This document shows, in pieces, positions 1 to 12,754 of a stretch of 64,000 bases of DNA. Every line of letters begins with the position of its first letter. Positions within the stretch are counted from its first letter, which is position 1. The notes under the pieces are model-generated. The model made no database searches. It was not told the origin of the DNA and saw only the letters and a list, made by a program, of their open reading frames with translations. Origin of the DNA: Octopus bimaculoides (Eukaryota); NCBI RefSeq assembly GCF_001194135.2, contig NC_068998.1, positions 28,042,409-28,106,408 on the forward strand, read 5' to 3'. The translations under genes were made by a program, and so were the position numbers.

Positions 1-250
1 AATGTGCGTGGTGAGTGAGTGGCGAGTGAGCAAATGTGCGTGGTGAGTGAGTGGCGAGTGAGCAAATGTGCGTGGTGAGTGAGTGGCGAGTGAGCAAATG
101 TGCATGGTGAGTGAGTGGCTAGTGAGCGAATGTGCGTGGTGAGTGAGTGGCGAGTGAGCGAATGTGCGTGGTGAGTGAGCAAATGTGCATGGAGAGTGCG
201 CAAATGTGCGTGGCGAGTGAGGGATTGTGCGAGCGTGAGGGCGTGCGTTA
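1..250. repeat. 32-bp GT-rich minisatellite (aatgtgcgtggtgagtgagtggcgagtgagca), about 5 full copies plus degenerate copies, running off the window edge
   Basis: units start at 1, 33, 65, 97, 129 and 161. Confidence 0.9.
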
Positions 251-1020
251 GTGTGAGTCCCACCCAATTTGTCATGTGTATATCTATAAATGCAGTACTG
301 CTAAATGAACTCCCCCACCACCCCATTTCATAAAGAATAGACAATAACTTGTATGCATCAGTGCTATACCTTTTCTTTGCTGGCTATCATCCTGAAAGTG
401 CGGGTGCAAACCTCTGGACAAATGACTCTTAAGACCTCAAAACATTGTTATACCTAATTTTATTTTGATGTTGCTACAACAAATAGAGTCAGCTAATCTT
501 GATTAATTATTCATCATAGTCTGATTATTTTCATATCAATGTAATAGACTTATTTCAACAATTTGTCATTATTTCCTGTTTTTCCATCATAATATTATAC
601 AAATTTAAGTTTAAGAAGTAATCTACCTAGTCAATGGTATTAGATTCCTAAATATCATCAATACTCTGCCAAATGCAGAAGCAACAACAAACTCAAGACA
701 AATGGGGTATAAGTGATCTACATTTCAGAAAACTATTATAAGTCCACAGCCAAACCTAAATTTATCATATATTGCTAGTGCTCCTATTTATCAGGACTTC
801 AATAGTAATCATGATAATGTAGGAATTCATCTTAACTGTCTTATTGTGCATTTCAAGGAGTATAAGTTTGTCAATAACAATCAACAGAAATTGTTATATC
901 AACTGTGGATTGGCCATGAAACTAATAACTATTCAGTCCTGAAGAACAAAACAAAATTTTCTATGAAAACTGCTTTGTAAATTGACTGGTCAATTCAAAA
1001 AACTAAATTATTCTGAGGTA

Positions 1021-1395
1021 GTACTACTCTATATCTTTGAGATGATAAATTATGTACATTATTTACAATGGTATGTTGCTGATGCCATTTTTCTGTTGAT
1101 ATTATTCAAGTCCCTGCCTGGGACTGAACTTAGCATCTGAAGGTTAGTAGCTTATGCTCTTATCCACTACACTAGTGGGCAATTATAGAGTGAATTTTAG
1201 AGCTTACAAACCTAGTACTTTATCTTTTAATACTGGTTCCCATATTACATTCATATCTCCACTAAGTCTGCTTAGCAGGTTATTGTATCCTATCATATGT
1301 GCACCTGATGAAGGCTGGAGAGCACATCAGCTGAAATGTGACAACAATGAACAAGATGAGAACACCTATCCATCCATTGTAAATAATAATGGTAT
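1021..1395. mobile_element. Old, decayed copy of the hammerhead-bearing inverted-dimer element
   Basis: reverse tail (gagatgataaattatgtacattatttaca, 1040-1068), reverse tRNA-like head (about 1100-1180) and forward degenerate hammerhead CTGATGA-aggctg...cagct-GAAA (1305-1336), matching 28789-29314. Confidence 0.7.
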
Positions 1396-1654
1396 CTAAT
1401 ATAGTTGCCCAAAGTATAATGAAAATTGGTTAGTCATGATGACTGGTTAGCTGCTAACTCAAATGGTAGGTTTCTTTAGCATACAATCAATATTGATTGC
1501 CTGTTGAATAAACCAAACTAAATAGTGGTATACCATTGATAAATGACATTAGCATTTCAATATTTTCATCAAACTATTAAAAATACATCTAAAGCTTACA
1601 CATGACCATGACTGACCAGAATATCAGATGAGATCACACATCAGTCACAATGTG

Positions 1655-1850
1655 CTTGGCATCGCTTTAGCCTTCAAATGATGCCACCCTGCTGGCCAGG
1701 TGAGCAGACCAACATTCCCCACTGACCGAAAGGGAGACAGGAGCAACATGAAATGAAGTGCCTTGCTCAAGAACACAATGCGCTGCCCAATCAGGAAATT
1801 GAACCCATGATCTAGCGACCAGGAGTGCAACAGCCGCACCACTAGGCCAA
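1655..1850 (-). mobile_element. tRNA-derived SINE fragment with CORE-like middle
   Basis: minus strand reads tggcctagtggtgcgg...gggttcaatttcc (A/B boxes) then ttgagcaaggcacttcat. Confidence 0.65.
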
Positions 1851-2589
1851 GTGTTTTGACATAACCAATGGAAGACTGTAAAATGTTATACGAGTTATAA
1901 AAAATCAGAATTTCCTTAATAAAAAATGTAATCCACAAGAAAAAAAATTAGCAAATGTCAATCAAAATAATTTCAAATTTGCTAAATCTTAAAAAAACAA
2001 AACTACTCAACAGGATAACTAGGTAGGAAACGAATTCAATATTAAAGATGACAATGTATATTAAAGATTTGTTTGAAGAAATCAAAACTTATCTACATTT
2101 ATAAATCAATAATGCATTAAATTCGTTGCTGGCACTACTAAAACTTTAGATTTGAAAAGATATAAAATAATCTGATCATCATTAGAATAGATTTTGAAAA
2201 AATAAATGCTAATTGCAATAAAGGTATTCTACTGAAAAAGAAAAATACCCGTCAAATTTAAAATAACCAACCACAAAATTGTGAAGCTATTGCGAAAAGG
2301 TTTCAAATCTATTTTGAAGGAATTGAATGAAAGCATTTAAAATGTCAGTGACGCCTGTGCTCTGGAATACAGATATTGTTAATAAATGTTGATAATTTAA
2401 TAGATTTAAATATTAAAAATAATTTTTTAAAATTAATTTATGTGTTAATTATTCCAAAGTATTTTCACCCACTGAAAAAACACTGGCCAAAATTTATATA
2501 CATCTGGGTGAAAAACTGATTTATCAAAAGGTCACCCCACTAACATTTTTAAAACCAAATTGGTAAAAGAATTGGATTGTAAAGTAGTG

Positions 2590-3690
2590 AACAGCACATC
2601 AGAACCTATTAATCACAGGATTGGGACTGTGCTGTCTGTCACTATTTGGAAACCAATGTCAATTATTTTAGTTATATTAGTGCATTTGGCAAAAAAAATT
2701 TAGAAAAATATCAATACTATGAAAAAATTACCAATTCCAAAAATGCATATTAAGTATTGGCATTCATTTCAACAGAATATTATTGTACATTAATAAAGAA
2801 AGAGGCAAACCTTAGTGTATTATTTTGTAATTTAATGTAAAGTAACTTAGCACTGAAACAATAAGTGAAATGAAATTTTAGCACAAGAGATGTGTCAGCA
2901 ATTGGTATTTAGAGTGGGTCTGTTAGATGAATATAGAGTTGAATGTACATTGGCACACTCATCTAAAACATTGGATGTACATGCATGGCGATATTCACAA
3001 ATAGAATAGAAGGATTATGTAAAGTTAATCAATTCTTCTATAGTTATTTTGAATTAATCATTAAACAAATCCCTAATAAACATTCTCAAATAAAGATATA
3101 CCAGCACATAATAGATCTCAATGATTGCAACATTTGGCATCCTCAAGTTTGATGCAAGTCATAATCATTGTATCTAGATTCAAAACATTAAATTGTTAAA
3201 AGTCAATAGAATACGAGTAAAAACTGATATCAATATGGTTTTTATTAATTCATTAATGATAGGCCAAAAAACTAACTGATGATAAACATCCAAGAGAAAA
3301 TTAAATAAAATGAGACGTCATTACACAGGAATTTATTAATCTGCAGTTCAATTTTTATGGAGCAATTATTCCAAAAATTTTACAAAATAAAAATTCAACT
3401 GAGTTGTATGAAGGTTATTTGAGCATAAGTTGCAGATGCTGAGAAAAAAAATAGATGCAATAGTCATGTTATGTTGCTGATATGACATATAAAGAATGGT
3501 AAAAAAAAACTTCTGCACCACGGCAATGAATACGAGCAACTCTAGTGGACCAAACTATTTAATGATAAAATGTGGTTTATTGTCATAGATTTTTTCTCAG
3601 AATTTCCATACATTACATTGGCAACAAGCAATGAAATATTGACAATGGTCCATCAAATTTCACCATTGTTGGACTACTCAAAAGACAATT
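2590..3690 (+). mobile_element. Highly decayed Gypsy/Ty3 pol remnant (RNase H to integrase)
   Basis: disrupted frames give RIGTVLS (cf. GIGAVLS), ELYEGYLSI (cf. ELHEGHxGI) and DKMWFIVIDFFSEFPYI (cf. GKMxLIVIDAxSKWPEV). Confidence 0.5.
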
Positions 3691-3699
3691 ATATCTAGG

Positions 3700-4130
3700 C
3701 ACAGCCATGGCTGTATGGTAAAAAGTTTGGTTCCCAACTATATATCTTCAGATTCAGTTGTGGGCAAGTTAGTTTTTTTTAACCCCAGGTAGACAGGAAC
3801 TGAAATAAGCTGAGAGAGAGACAGACAGACAGACAGAGGGAGAGAGAGTGAAAGTGAGTGAGTGAACGTGCATGCATGTTTGTTTGTTTTATTGTCTCCT
3901 TGCCTTGGCACTATGTGACAGTGGCAAATTAGTGTCACCATCATGCAAGTGATGTCAGTTTCCAATCTTCCATGAAAAAAAATGTCTGGTCATGGGAAAG
4001 TATTCTCTTGCTTGAAAACAGGAGAGAGTTGGCAACAGGAAGGACAAATGACCCTATAGAAAATTCACCTCAGCAAAATTCCATCTGATCCATGTGAGCA
4101 TAGAAATGTAGATGTTAAAACAGAAGATGG
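3700..4130 (+). mobile_element. Decayed tRNA-derived SINE with internal (GA)/(CAGA) microsatellite and RTE-like 3' end
   Basis: head gccatggctgtatggtaaaaagtttg and ggtagacaggaactgaa shared with the SINE at 27301. Confidence 0.6.
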
Positions 4131-4879
4131 TGACCTATAACCAACCCACACAAGCATGAAAAAAAATCAAGTGTAAAATGATGAAACTAAAATTACATCA
4201 TCTAAAAACAACTTTGCAGTCAAATGGGCATTCAACATTTGACGTCACCCATTTCCAAACTAGCTTCAGACAAGCAGAGTTCTTTATTTGAACAAGAAAT
4301 TCAAAAAGCATGTCATGAAAATCCCTCATTAGTGGAAAGACAATCAGATTAATCTCGTACTATTCTGCCCTACATCTAGCATTTGAAAGAAGAGAGAAAA
4401 AAAATTACTAGCAGTGTGCTGCACAGTCAACAGCTAAAAGCAATTATATCATTATGACTGCAACTAACCTATGATCAAATGAAGGACAAACAATACCAAC
4501 AAGTTAAACATTTGGTGGGGATTATTGAAAGAAAAGTAAATGGATTTGTGAAAATTAAGAAATTTGGCTTAATAGCAGACTTGATTAAAATATTGTTATC
4601 TAAATTGTGCATTGAAATTTGAACTATTTATCAATACATTTAGTATGAAATTCATAACACATGGTTTTTGTGCAGCCATGATTGGAGTTTCTGTTTTACT
4701 CCTCCAAAACCATGATCAAGACCCTGAAACAGGATAGTGGTGCTGCAACTGCTGATGAACTTTAGAACTGATGATGCAACATTGGTATAAGGTACATCTA
4801 TCATTGTACTCAACTCAAATGCAAGTTGCATCAATATATGAAGAGAAGATAGTTGAAAGATATAAATGAAGCAGTCATC

Positions 4880-5200
4880 ACTCAGTCCATCCTTTCCTGC
4901 TTCGTGCATGATATATTACCTTCACATCCATGGTTCTGGTTTTCCACCCAGTCTTCTTTTTACCACATTTAATATCTTCTTATTCAAGTATTTACTACTG
5001 ATTTTTCTGGCCGCACACATAAGCTCTTCACTTACCTAAAATACTTTTCTAATCTCATTATTCCTAGGTAACTTGATCTGTTATACAGAGTACTCTGTAC
5101 CTTGTTCTTTTCTCAACAGTCAACTGAATAGGATTAGTCGTCTTGTTTTTATAATTATCCTGTATCACTGGCACAATTTGTTGAGAAGAGAATTGTTGCA
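4880..5200 (-). mobile_element. Old RTE-type LINE RT C-terminal remnant
   Basis: stop-interrupted frame NNEIRKVF*VSEELMCAARKISSKYL...KRRLGGKPEPWM resembles the TNEEV...RGRPR..WM ends of RTE ORFs. Confidence 0.35.
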
Positions 5201-5379
5201 TTTTGTATAATATATTTTGTCCACACACAATGTATGCATTATCATCATTTTAACATTCATTTTTCTATGCTTGCATGAATCGGACAAATTCACTGAGGAA
5301 GTTTCTCTTAGCCAGATGACCTTTCTATTGCCAACCTTCACCTGTTTCTAAGAAAGTTATTTCTCTATGGCCAGACATA

Positions 5380-6254
5380 CAGGGTGCAATGGGCCGATTA
5401 TCGCCAATTTATATTTTTAATTTTGTACATACATTGTTTATGATTTTGTCAACTACACAGTATAGTAGGGTCAGTTGGGCACCATCTGTGAGAAAAACAA
5501 AACCATGATGCAATGCACTGCTAGAAATTTGAAAACGACATGGTACTGCCCGGCATTCATACCAGAAGCTCTGATATGAACAGATGGTGAACACACAGAA
5601 CAATCGTTAGCTTGCCCTGTCCCCAAAACGATAAAAAAAAAAAATTAAAAAAAAAAAAAATAAAAAAATCGAACATCCAGTCAACATCATGGTATTTGCA
5701 ATGATCACTAGTGTTGGTGATGTTATGCCTCCATCTTTCTATATGGCCTCACACTCAACACAGAGACCTACATTAAGTGCCTAGAAGAGGTAGTGCTGCC
5801 CTGGATCAAGAGGGTGGCTGCTGGAAGACCCTATGTCTGGCAACAGGACTCTGCACCATGCCACACAAGCAGGAGAACGGTCATGGCTGTCATAATTTCT
5901 GTGACCACATTACCCCTAACAACTGGCCACCTAACTCCCCATACTGCAACCCTCCTTGATTATTATGCATAGGGCACAGTTGAGCAAGAGACCAACAAAA
6001 CTCCTTGTATCACCAAAGATGAACTGAAGGCAAGGATTATGGCAGCATTCACCAAATTAAACAAGGAGACCATCCAGAACAGGAGATTCTGAAGTTGTCT
6101 GGAGGCCATGGCTGAAGCCGATGGCAATTTTATTGAAAAAATTTACTCTTTAGTATTTCGAGATATGTAATTTTGGTAAATATTTCTGTTAAAATGAAAT
6201 GTCAGTGGTATTTTCATCTTTGTGTAATTTAGACAACATATTCACTGTACCCTG
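5380..6254 (+). mobile_element. Tc1/mariner superfamily (maT-like) internally deleted transposon
   Basis: TA-CAGGGTG left end and TACCCTG-TA right end; transposase C-half HPVNIMVF...YVWQQDSAPCHTS...WPPNSP.CNP.DY with frameshifts. Confidence 0.8.
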
Positions 6255-6289
6255 TATTTTTCAAGGAAGACTTGAAACAAACGACGTCG

Positions 6290-6490
6290 GTCATATGAGG
6301 TTTACAACTAATAAACGTCAAGGATACACGAATAATATGATGAGCTTCTTTCAGTTTCTGCTTACCAAATCCATCCACAAGACTTTAGTTGGCCTGGAAG
6401 TAGAAGACACTTGCCCAAGGTACAGCACAATAGGACTCAACACAAAACCACAGGATTCAGAAGCAAGCATCTTAACACACAGATTTGCAA
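6290..6490 (-). mobile_element. 5' half of the tRNA-derived SINE family seen at 27301
   Basis: reverse complement of ttgggcaagtgtcttctac...gtggatttggta...gaaactgaaagaagc. Confidence 0.7.
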
Positions 6491-7714
6491 CAGGTATTTC
6501 ATGTGCATCTTTGGGACAAGTGATGTGTGTCTCTTCCTATATGAAGGTGCCCTGCAACTAAATGATCCCAATTGAATGAAGATGAAGAACAGCTTTTAGG
6601 TATACAACAGTTGTATAAATTCATTTTATTTTTGTGGCTATCAATCCAAGTGAAAATGCAGATTTCTGGAAGAATTCTTGAAAGAAACCTCAACACTTAT
6701 ATCTAATTATGAAACTGTGTTACAAACTGGATCTTATTTCTATGTTAATACAACATAATTCGAGTTATGTCTTGGCAAGTGACACAATACCTTGCTGCAA
6801 TTATAGCGTTGTACCTTGAGATACATTTATAAAGTAAACTAGTCTAAGAACAAGCAGTTTAGTGGCTACATCACTAAGCAACAGTAAACCTACAATGCTA
6901 GTGATGACAGCATTAAGTATTGTATATTAAAAGAAAATAGTATAAATTATCAGTGGTTCAGAGGAAATGAAAAGAATCAGTACATCAGAGCACAAGCCAA
7001 AAGCTCTGCTTTCTCCTCAAGCATGCATTCTGATATCTCACCAAATATCACCAACAACTTCAGATAAGCTCGCTGATCAACTTTCCACATGCTTTTATGG
7101 TGCCACTCCTTTGTTAATATATATCTTGCCTCTTTAGTACTAAGCTCATGGTTTAAATATCTTAAATATTAATTTTGAACAATATGCCTCATAATTAGCA
7201 GTCTAATCAAAATCATCAACTATATGCTCCTTAGCAGCTGCCATATAATTACATCCCTAATAAAAACTGTTGATTACCACAAAAATACATTTTTATGAAG
7301 AGGGCATAACTTCACACCCTTTAAATTCAAGTCTTTCTACATCATCCCACACTAATAGAATAAGAAAAATGATTTGGTGTCGCTTAAGTTCCTTTGAATA
7401 CTATCTAGACAGTGAGATGCCACCACCTTCCTGTTCAGCCGCATGGTCCAAGAAATTCCAGTTTGGAATCTATTTCAATGGATTTGATGCTGCTCAAATT
7501 TCAATATTTCCTACGACACCATTTGATCTACCTTGACCAACAGCTGCCCAGTTTCCAGTAGCTATCCTGGACTTTCTACATCTCTCCATTCACCCACCTG
7601 AGCCCGACAAGCTAGGTTCTGGTAATGAGCCTATGAAACTAAGTTGCATGGGATTAAATCAAATTGCTTTAAATTACATATACATACATAATATATACAC
7701 AGACACACACATAA

Positions 7715-7870
7715 CATCCTTTAACATATGCTTTCCATGCTGGTATGGGTTGGACAGTTTGACCAAAGCTGGCAAGCCAGAAAGCGGCATCAGGTTTCAG
7801 TCCAATTTGGCTTGGTTTCTATGGTTGGATGCCCTTCCTAACACCAACCACTTTACAATATGCTGGGTGC
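7715..7870 (-). mobile_element. RTE LINE 3'-tail fragment
   Basis: matches the recurrent tail ggttggtgttaggaagggcatcca...ccaacccatgccagcatggaaa. Confidence 0.7.
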
Positions 7871-9864
7871 TTTTAACACACACGCACACACACGCACGCA
7901 CACGAACACACGCGCACAAGAAATGGGATTCCTCCAGTTTCCATCTACTAAATCCATTCACACAAATTTTTCTAAAGAAGCCACTTGTTCAAAGTGTCGC
8001 ACACTGGAACTGAATCTGAAATCAGATGTAAAGTGAACTTTTAACCACAGCAAAGTCTGCATTTAATGTATGGGTGTATATTATCATTTCACATTGCATT
8101 CACTGTCAGTATAAACTGGCCAAGCAGTTATAAACAAGTTGGGTACCGACTGCACTGCAGAACAGGTGAAGAGAACAACATCTCACCCATACATTCTATT
8201 ATTGGTATGGCTTTTCAGCTTCCATTCCCTTGCTGAAACCATATATACATATCCATGCATATATAGAAAATGCTAAATTGGGGGTTGCTCTGTATCCAGG
8301 AGGGGATGTATTTTAAAGCAGTTTCAAGGATAAAATATTTACTAACTGGGCAGGGTGGACTCAACACTAATAGAGTCAAATTTCCTATAAGCTTAGTTCT
8401 AATAAAGATATCAGGTCTTGCTTGATGGCTTATTCAACCAGGCTCATGCCACCAGAACAAACATTACTTTTAAAAAAAAATTCACATAACTTTACTTGCA
8501 AGGACTTTCTCCAGTAACTTCACCTGAATATCCAAATTATTACACTCCTATCAATATCTAAAAGCATACTGATAAGTCATACATGTGATCTCTGCTCTCC
8601 TATGTTCAGAATCTCACTTTTAGGCTTTCCTTTGAACCTATTGTAAAAATTTTACTTTTGAACATACTAGCTATAGCTCATCTTCACAAAAACTGCCCCA
8701 CTGCACTTTCTGAAGTTCTCTCCATATACTGAATCAAACATCACTTGTAAATCCTTTGTTTTGCATCTTCCTTCCACACAAATGCGTCTTTGCACAGTAG
8801 CCACCCAACATCTTTGACCTAATAACTAAACCAGTATCACCCCTATCCATCCTCAGTCCCACAGGATGCAAAGTTGCTTTAGGATGGGAATTCCTCTCCT
8901 ATTGTAACTGGCTTTAAAAAAAACACCCACCCAAGCATGCTAGAATTTTAAAATCGAATTGCATCAGCATTTTTTAAATTTAAAATACTATTGTAGTTAC
9001 TGAGAGAGAAATGCTACAAACAAGAGCTAAGTTTATATTACCACAATGTCAATTAATCATAATAATGCACGGTAATTATAGGGGAGTTAATCCTTTCAAA
9101 TTTTCCAAAGCATTTAGCTAATTAAAGATTAATAGACAGTCGTCTATGATAGGTTAGCTTTTCATAGACTGATGTCTATTTGAATTAAACAAACTGAGGT
9201 AAGCAGAGTTGGATTTTGCTAAATAATACCTGAAAAAAATTTTTAAATATGAAAACAATATGACAAGCAAACAATTCTTTTCTTACAGTTAACGGTCTAA
9301 TCATATGCGATTCAGTCTCTTAAAGTATTTGTATTTTTTACAAAAATCAAAAATAGTTATTGCATTGCTATACAGCAAGAGAATGTGGTGATATTAGCAG
9401 TGCTAAAATTAGCTAAATTCTTGTTAAGTGTCTTCAGCAACAACTTTACAGCATTCAAGGTTTTTCTAAGAGTGGATAACTTTCCAAAATGTTATTTATG
9501 AAATTTGCATACTATCTACATCTAAATGTGACATTATCACAATATAACGGATTTTAAAATATTTAGAAATTCACCTGAAATAGCAAGAAATGTAAAGGCA
9601 AATGCAATAAATATTCTTTAAAAACTCAGAGTGGTCACAAGTTCAAAGAGTTATCCCAGAGGAATAAGTACTACTGGTTTCACCAGTACCACTATAAAAT
9701 AGATATTGTTCAATTGTCACATTCATTCCATAAGTGGTAAAAATAGATTCAGTTGTAAAATAATTGCTCTAAAACAAATATTTGCAATGTTCATCATCGT
9801 GCAAGTTTGCTTGTACAAGTTGAATAACTTGTCTTTGTATATCAGACCAAAGAAAACTATTGCT

Positions 9865-10232
9865 GTTGGCACTCCGTCGCTTACGACGTAGAGGGTTTCA
9901 GTTGATCCGATCAACGAAACAGCCTGCTCATGAAATTAACGTGCAAGTAACTGAGTACTCCACAGACACGCGTACCCTTAACATAGTCCTCAGGGATATT
10001 CAGCGTGACACAGTGTGACAAGGCTGACCCTTTGAATTACAGGAACAACAGAAACAGGAAGTAAGAGTGGTGAAAGAGTACAGCAGGGTTCGCCACCATC
10101 CCCTGCCGGAGCCTCGTGGAGCTTTAGGTGTTTTCGCTCAATAAACACTCACAACGCCCGGTCTGGGAATCGAAACCGCGATCCAATGATCGCGATTCCG
10201 CTGCCCTAACCACTGGGCTATTGAGCCTCCAC
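9865..10232 (-). mobile_element. Young full-length tRNA-derived SINE of a distinct family
   Basis: minus strand gtggaggctcaatagcccagtggttagggcagcgg...ggtttcgattccc (A/B boxes, tRNA-like stem); CpGs well preserved. Confidence 0.8.
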
Positions 10233-10421
10233 AAAGAAAACTATTAACGGAGAGTTAAGTTTTGATTTGTCAGGCTTTATCAAAATGAGTTTGTAAATCC
10301 ACAGTTTGGTCATAAACAATGTCTAAATTAGGGGAGAGGACACAGTAACTTTAGAATATTGTTACTATCTTGAAATGAACTAGCAAACAGATTGGTCTGA
10401 CGAGGAAGCAGGCAAATTCAC

Positions 10422-10668
10422 CAAAACAAGTGCCACATATTCCAATAACAGCTAGAAGGTAAACAAAGAAAATTTTTAATAGCTGTTGTGGTTCCACTGC
10501 AATGGGAACGCCAACAACACAACATACATAATACCCATAACAGCCACCGATATAACACAGCGTGGTCTACATGAACCACCAGAGGTCCATAGTGAATTTT
10601 ATGTCCAAGTTGGTTGCAAAAGTAATGCAAAATTAAATTTGTGATCCACGAATTTTGGGAACCACCTT
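10422..10668 (-). other. Candidate exon of an unassigned minus-strand transcript (5'UTR or lncRNA)
   Basis: poly-T...cag acceptor and TTG|gtgaat donor; one frame is open throughout but has no recognisable homology. Confidence 0.35.
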
Positions 10669-10699
10669 CTGAAAAAAAAAAAAGGTTATGCCTCATCAT

Positions 10700-10730
<31 letters not shown>

Positions 10731-10747
10731 CCCCAAAAAACCTATAC

Positions 10748-10945
10748 AGTTGTGGCGAGTGGTATCGTTTCCGTAGTCCCGTATTGGGATAGGAAAATTT
10801 GGTGCTAAGCCAGATGCAGAATGTGCAACAATAATTATTGTGATGATGTAATTGATAAATATATGCTGTTGAGTAGCACTCAATTGGCACTTATTTCAAC
10901 GCATTGCCAGAACATAATCCAACAACTGGTAACCATTAAACGTAT
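10748..10945 (-). other. Candidate exon of the same unassigned transcript
   Basis: tttttag acceptor and ACT|gtatag donor, defining a 79-nt T-rich intron (10669-10747); stops in all three frames. Confidence 0.35.
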
Positions 10946-11543
10946 CTAAAAAACCTATTTAACTTTACTGGACTCAAATGTTAGCTAGAAGAAATGCTTA
11001 CTAGTCTAAATGCTTATAACATACCAAATTCTACCTTAGCCAAAGAGAGTATGTTAAAAAGGTAAAAATTTAACCAGATCGAAAATATCAAAGATATTGA
11101 TTTAGTGGTGAGTGTCAAGGCTGAGCAAATCCTGCAACTGACAAACGTCCAATCCACATTGGTGGTTACGAAACATTACAAAAATTTCGACCCAGCTGAC
11201 ATGTGGAGATAACGATGTTGCTTTTATAAACTACATGCATTTTTAAATCAGCGAGTTTTTTGTTTTTTCTTTCCACACCCCCATCAAAAAAAAAAAAAAA
11301 AAATACTTCATTAAATTGTAAAACAATTAGGTGAGTGGACAAAATTATATTCCGAACAGCAAGATATATAAAAAAAAATACACACCTTCCAATTAAGCAG
11401 GCTGCCATCTTTATAAATAAATTTACCCATTAATCATTTTATTTTCGCCAACACATGAAAAAATATTGTTAATCTCATCGATCCCGGAGATTGCAAAAAT
11501 ATACGATGAAAATATATATCATTTTGGTGAAATATTACACACA

Positions 11544-11581
<38 letters not shown>

Positions 11582-12584
11582 TATCCGAAAGATATACGAG
11601 TGCATCTTTTCCCCTGACTTACGAGTCTCTTCGACGACTCACGCACGTATAATATATATATAGATAGATATGTCTGTCTGTCTGTCTCAGCCATAACAAG
11701 AATGAAAATAATATTGAAACGACTAGCATCTAGTAAAATAGACTGGGATGGAAGGTTGTTTTCCCCTGAAGACAAAAGAAGTGAAAGCGATGACCTTAAG
11801 AGATCAATAGACATACAAAATACATCGCAGGACCGACCATTCGCTTGGACAATATTAAAGTGACAAAAAGAGGAGTATTTTTAGTAAATGCTGCATTCAC
11901 AGAAATAGTTACAATATGGATAACTTGCAAAATAATTGATTGCTTTAACAGTTGCTGTAGGTCAGACTGATTGAACAGCCATGACCATTCAGGTCTTTTG
12001 GTCTTAATTAAACCTGACCAAGAGCTATTAATGTCCAATGTGTCATTTGTTTTTTTTTTTCTTTTTATCACAGAGGTAGATTTGATAATTTTTAGCAAAT
12101 TGAACCACTGCAGAAAGAGTACACCATTGCTTTAAATGGTCAATGAATAGGTGTATATAATTGAGTTGCAGTGAAATGGGAAAAGTGGAAATAATAAAAC
12201 AGCTGAAGGGAATTTAATATGAAAGCGTCTTGGTTAGTGGAATAGCGACTATAAAGATTGGTAACATTTTTTAAAAAAAGATATTTTTACATTAATATAA
12301 ACGATATAGACATATTAAACACATAATAATTACACTTCATCACAATTACAGCAGTTTTAAATCAAATCTAAAACAAATATTCGACGAACAAATCAGAAAT
12401 AAACTTGGAGAATTTTAAAGAACGTCAAAAACAGAAACGGCCAAAGGAAGAAGAATCAATCGTAAAATATATTCTGAGTGGGATTGGCGAGAGAAATAGA
12501 AGAGAAACGTCTAATATGAAGTTATATATTGCCTAGAAAATATAAAAGAAAGATTAGTAGAATTAGAAAAGATAATATAAGTAC

Positions 12585-12750
12585 CTTGCAGATATTAATA
12601 CAGCGAGTGAAGAATGTCGTATGAAGAGTGCGACAAAGATCAGTGCGAGTGGCAAACAACCTTCACCCGTTTTAAACGACCTTCGCTCTCAAACCACCGC
12701 GTCCTTTCCTTATATGGAAGCTCAAGGTCGTTATTGCGAGACGACAATAC
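12585..12750 (-). promoter_or_regulatory. Putative promoter / non-coding first exon
   Basis: locally CpG-rich; TATAAG-like motif near 12710 on the minus strand; CAAG|gtactt donor at 12585/12584; no ATG. Confidence 0.4.
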
Positions 12751-12754
12751 TCTT

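Noticed and set aside
4652-4909. 85-aa ORF MHEAGKDG... as a host gene exon
   Set aside because: The upstream frame is broken by several stops and resembles an RTE ORF end; no consistent splice phase or homology.
10397-10430. CTGACGAGG...CC-AAAAC hammerhead-like string
   Set aside because: No real helix II or helix I, and no GAAA.
10422-10945. Stop-codon recoding (Sec or A-to-I UGA/UAG to Trp) rescuing ORFs such as MR*NKCQ... or MDLWWFM*TT...
   Set aside because: No SECIS seen, no homology, and more than one rescue event would be needed; purely speculative without RNA data.
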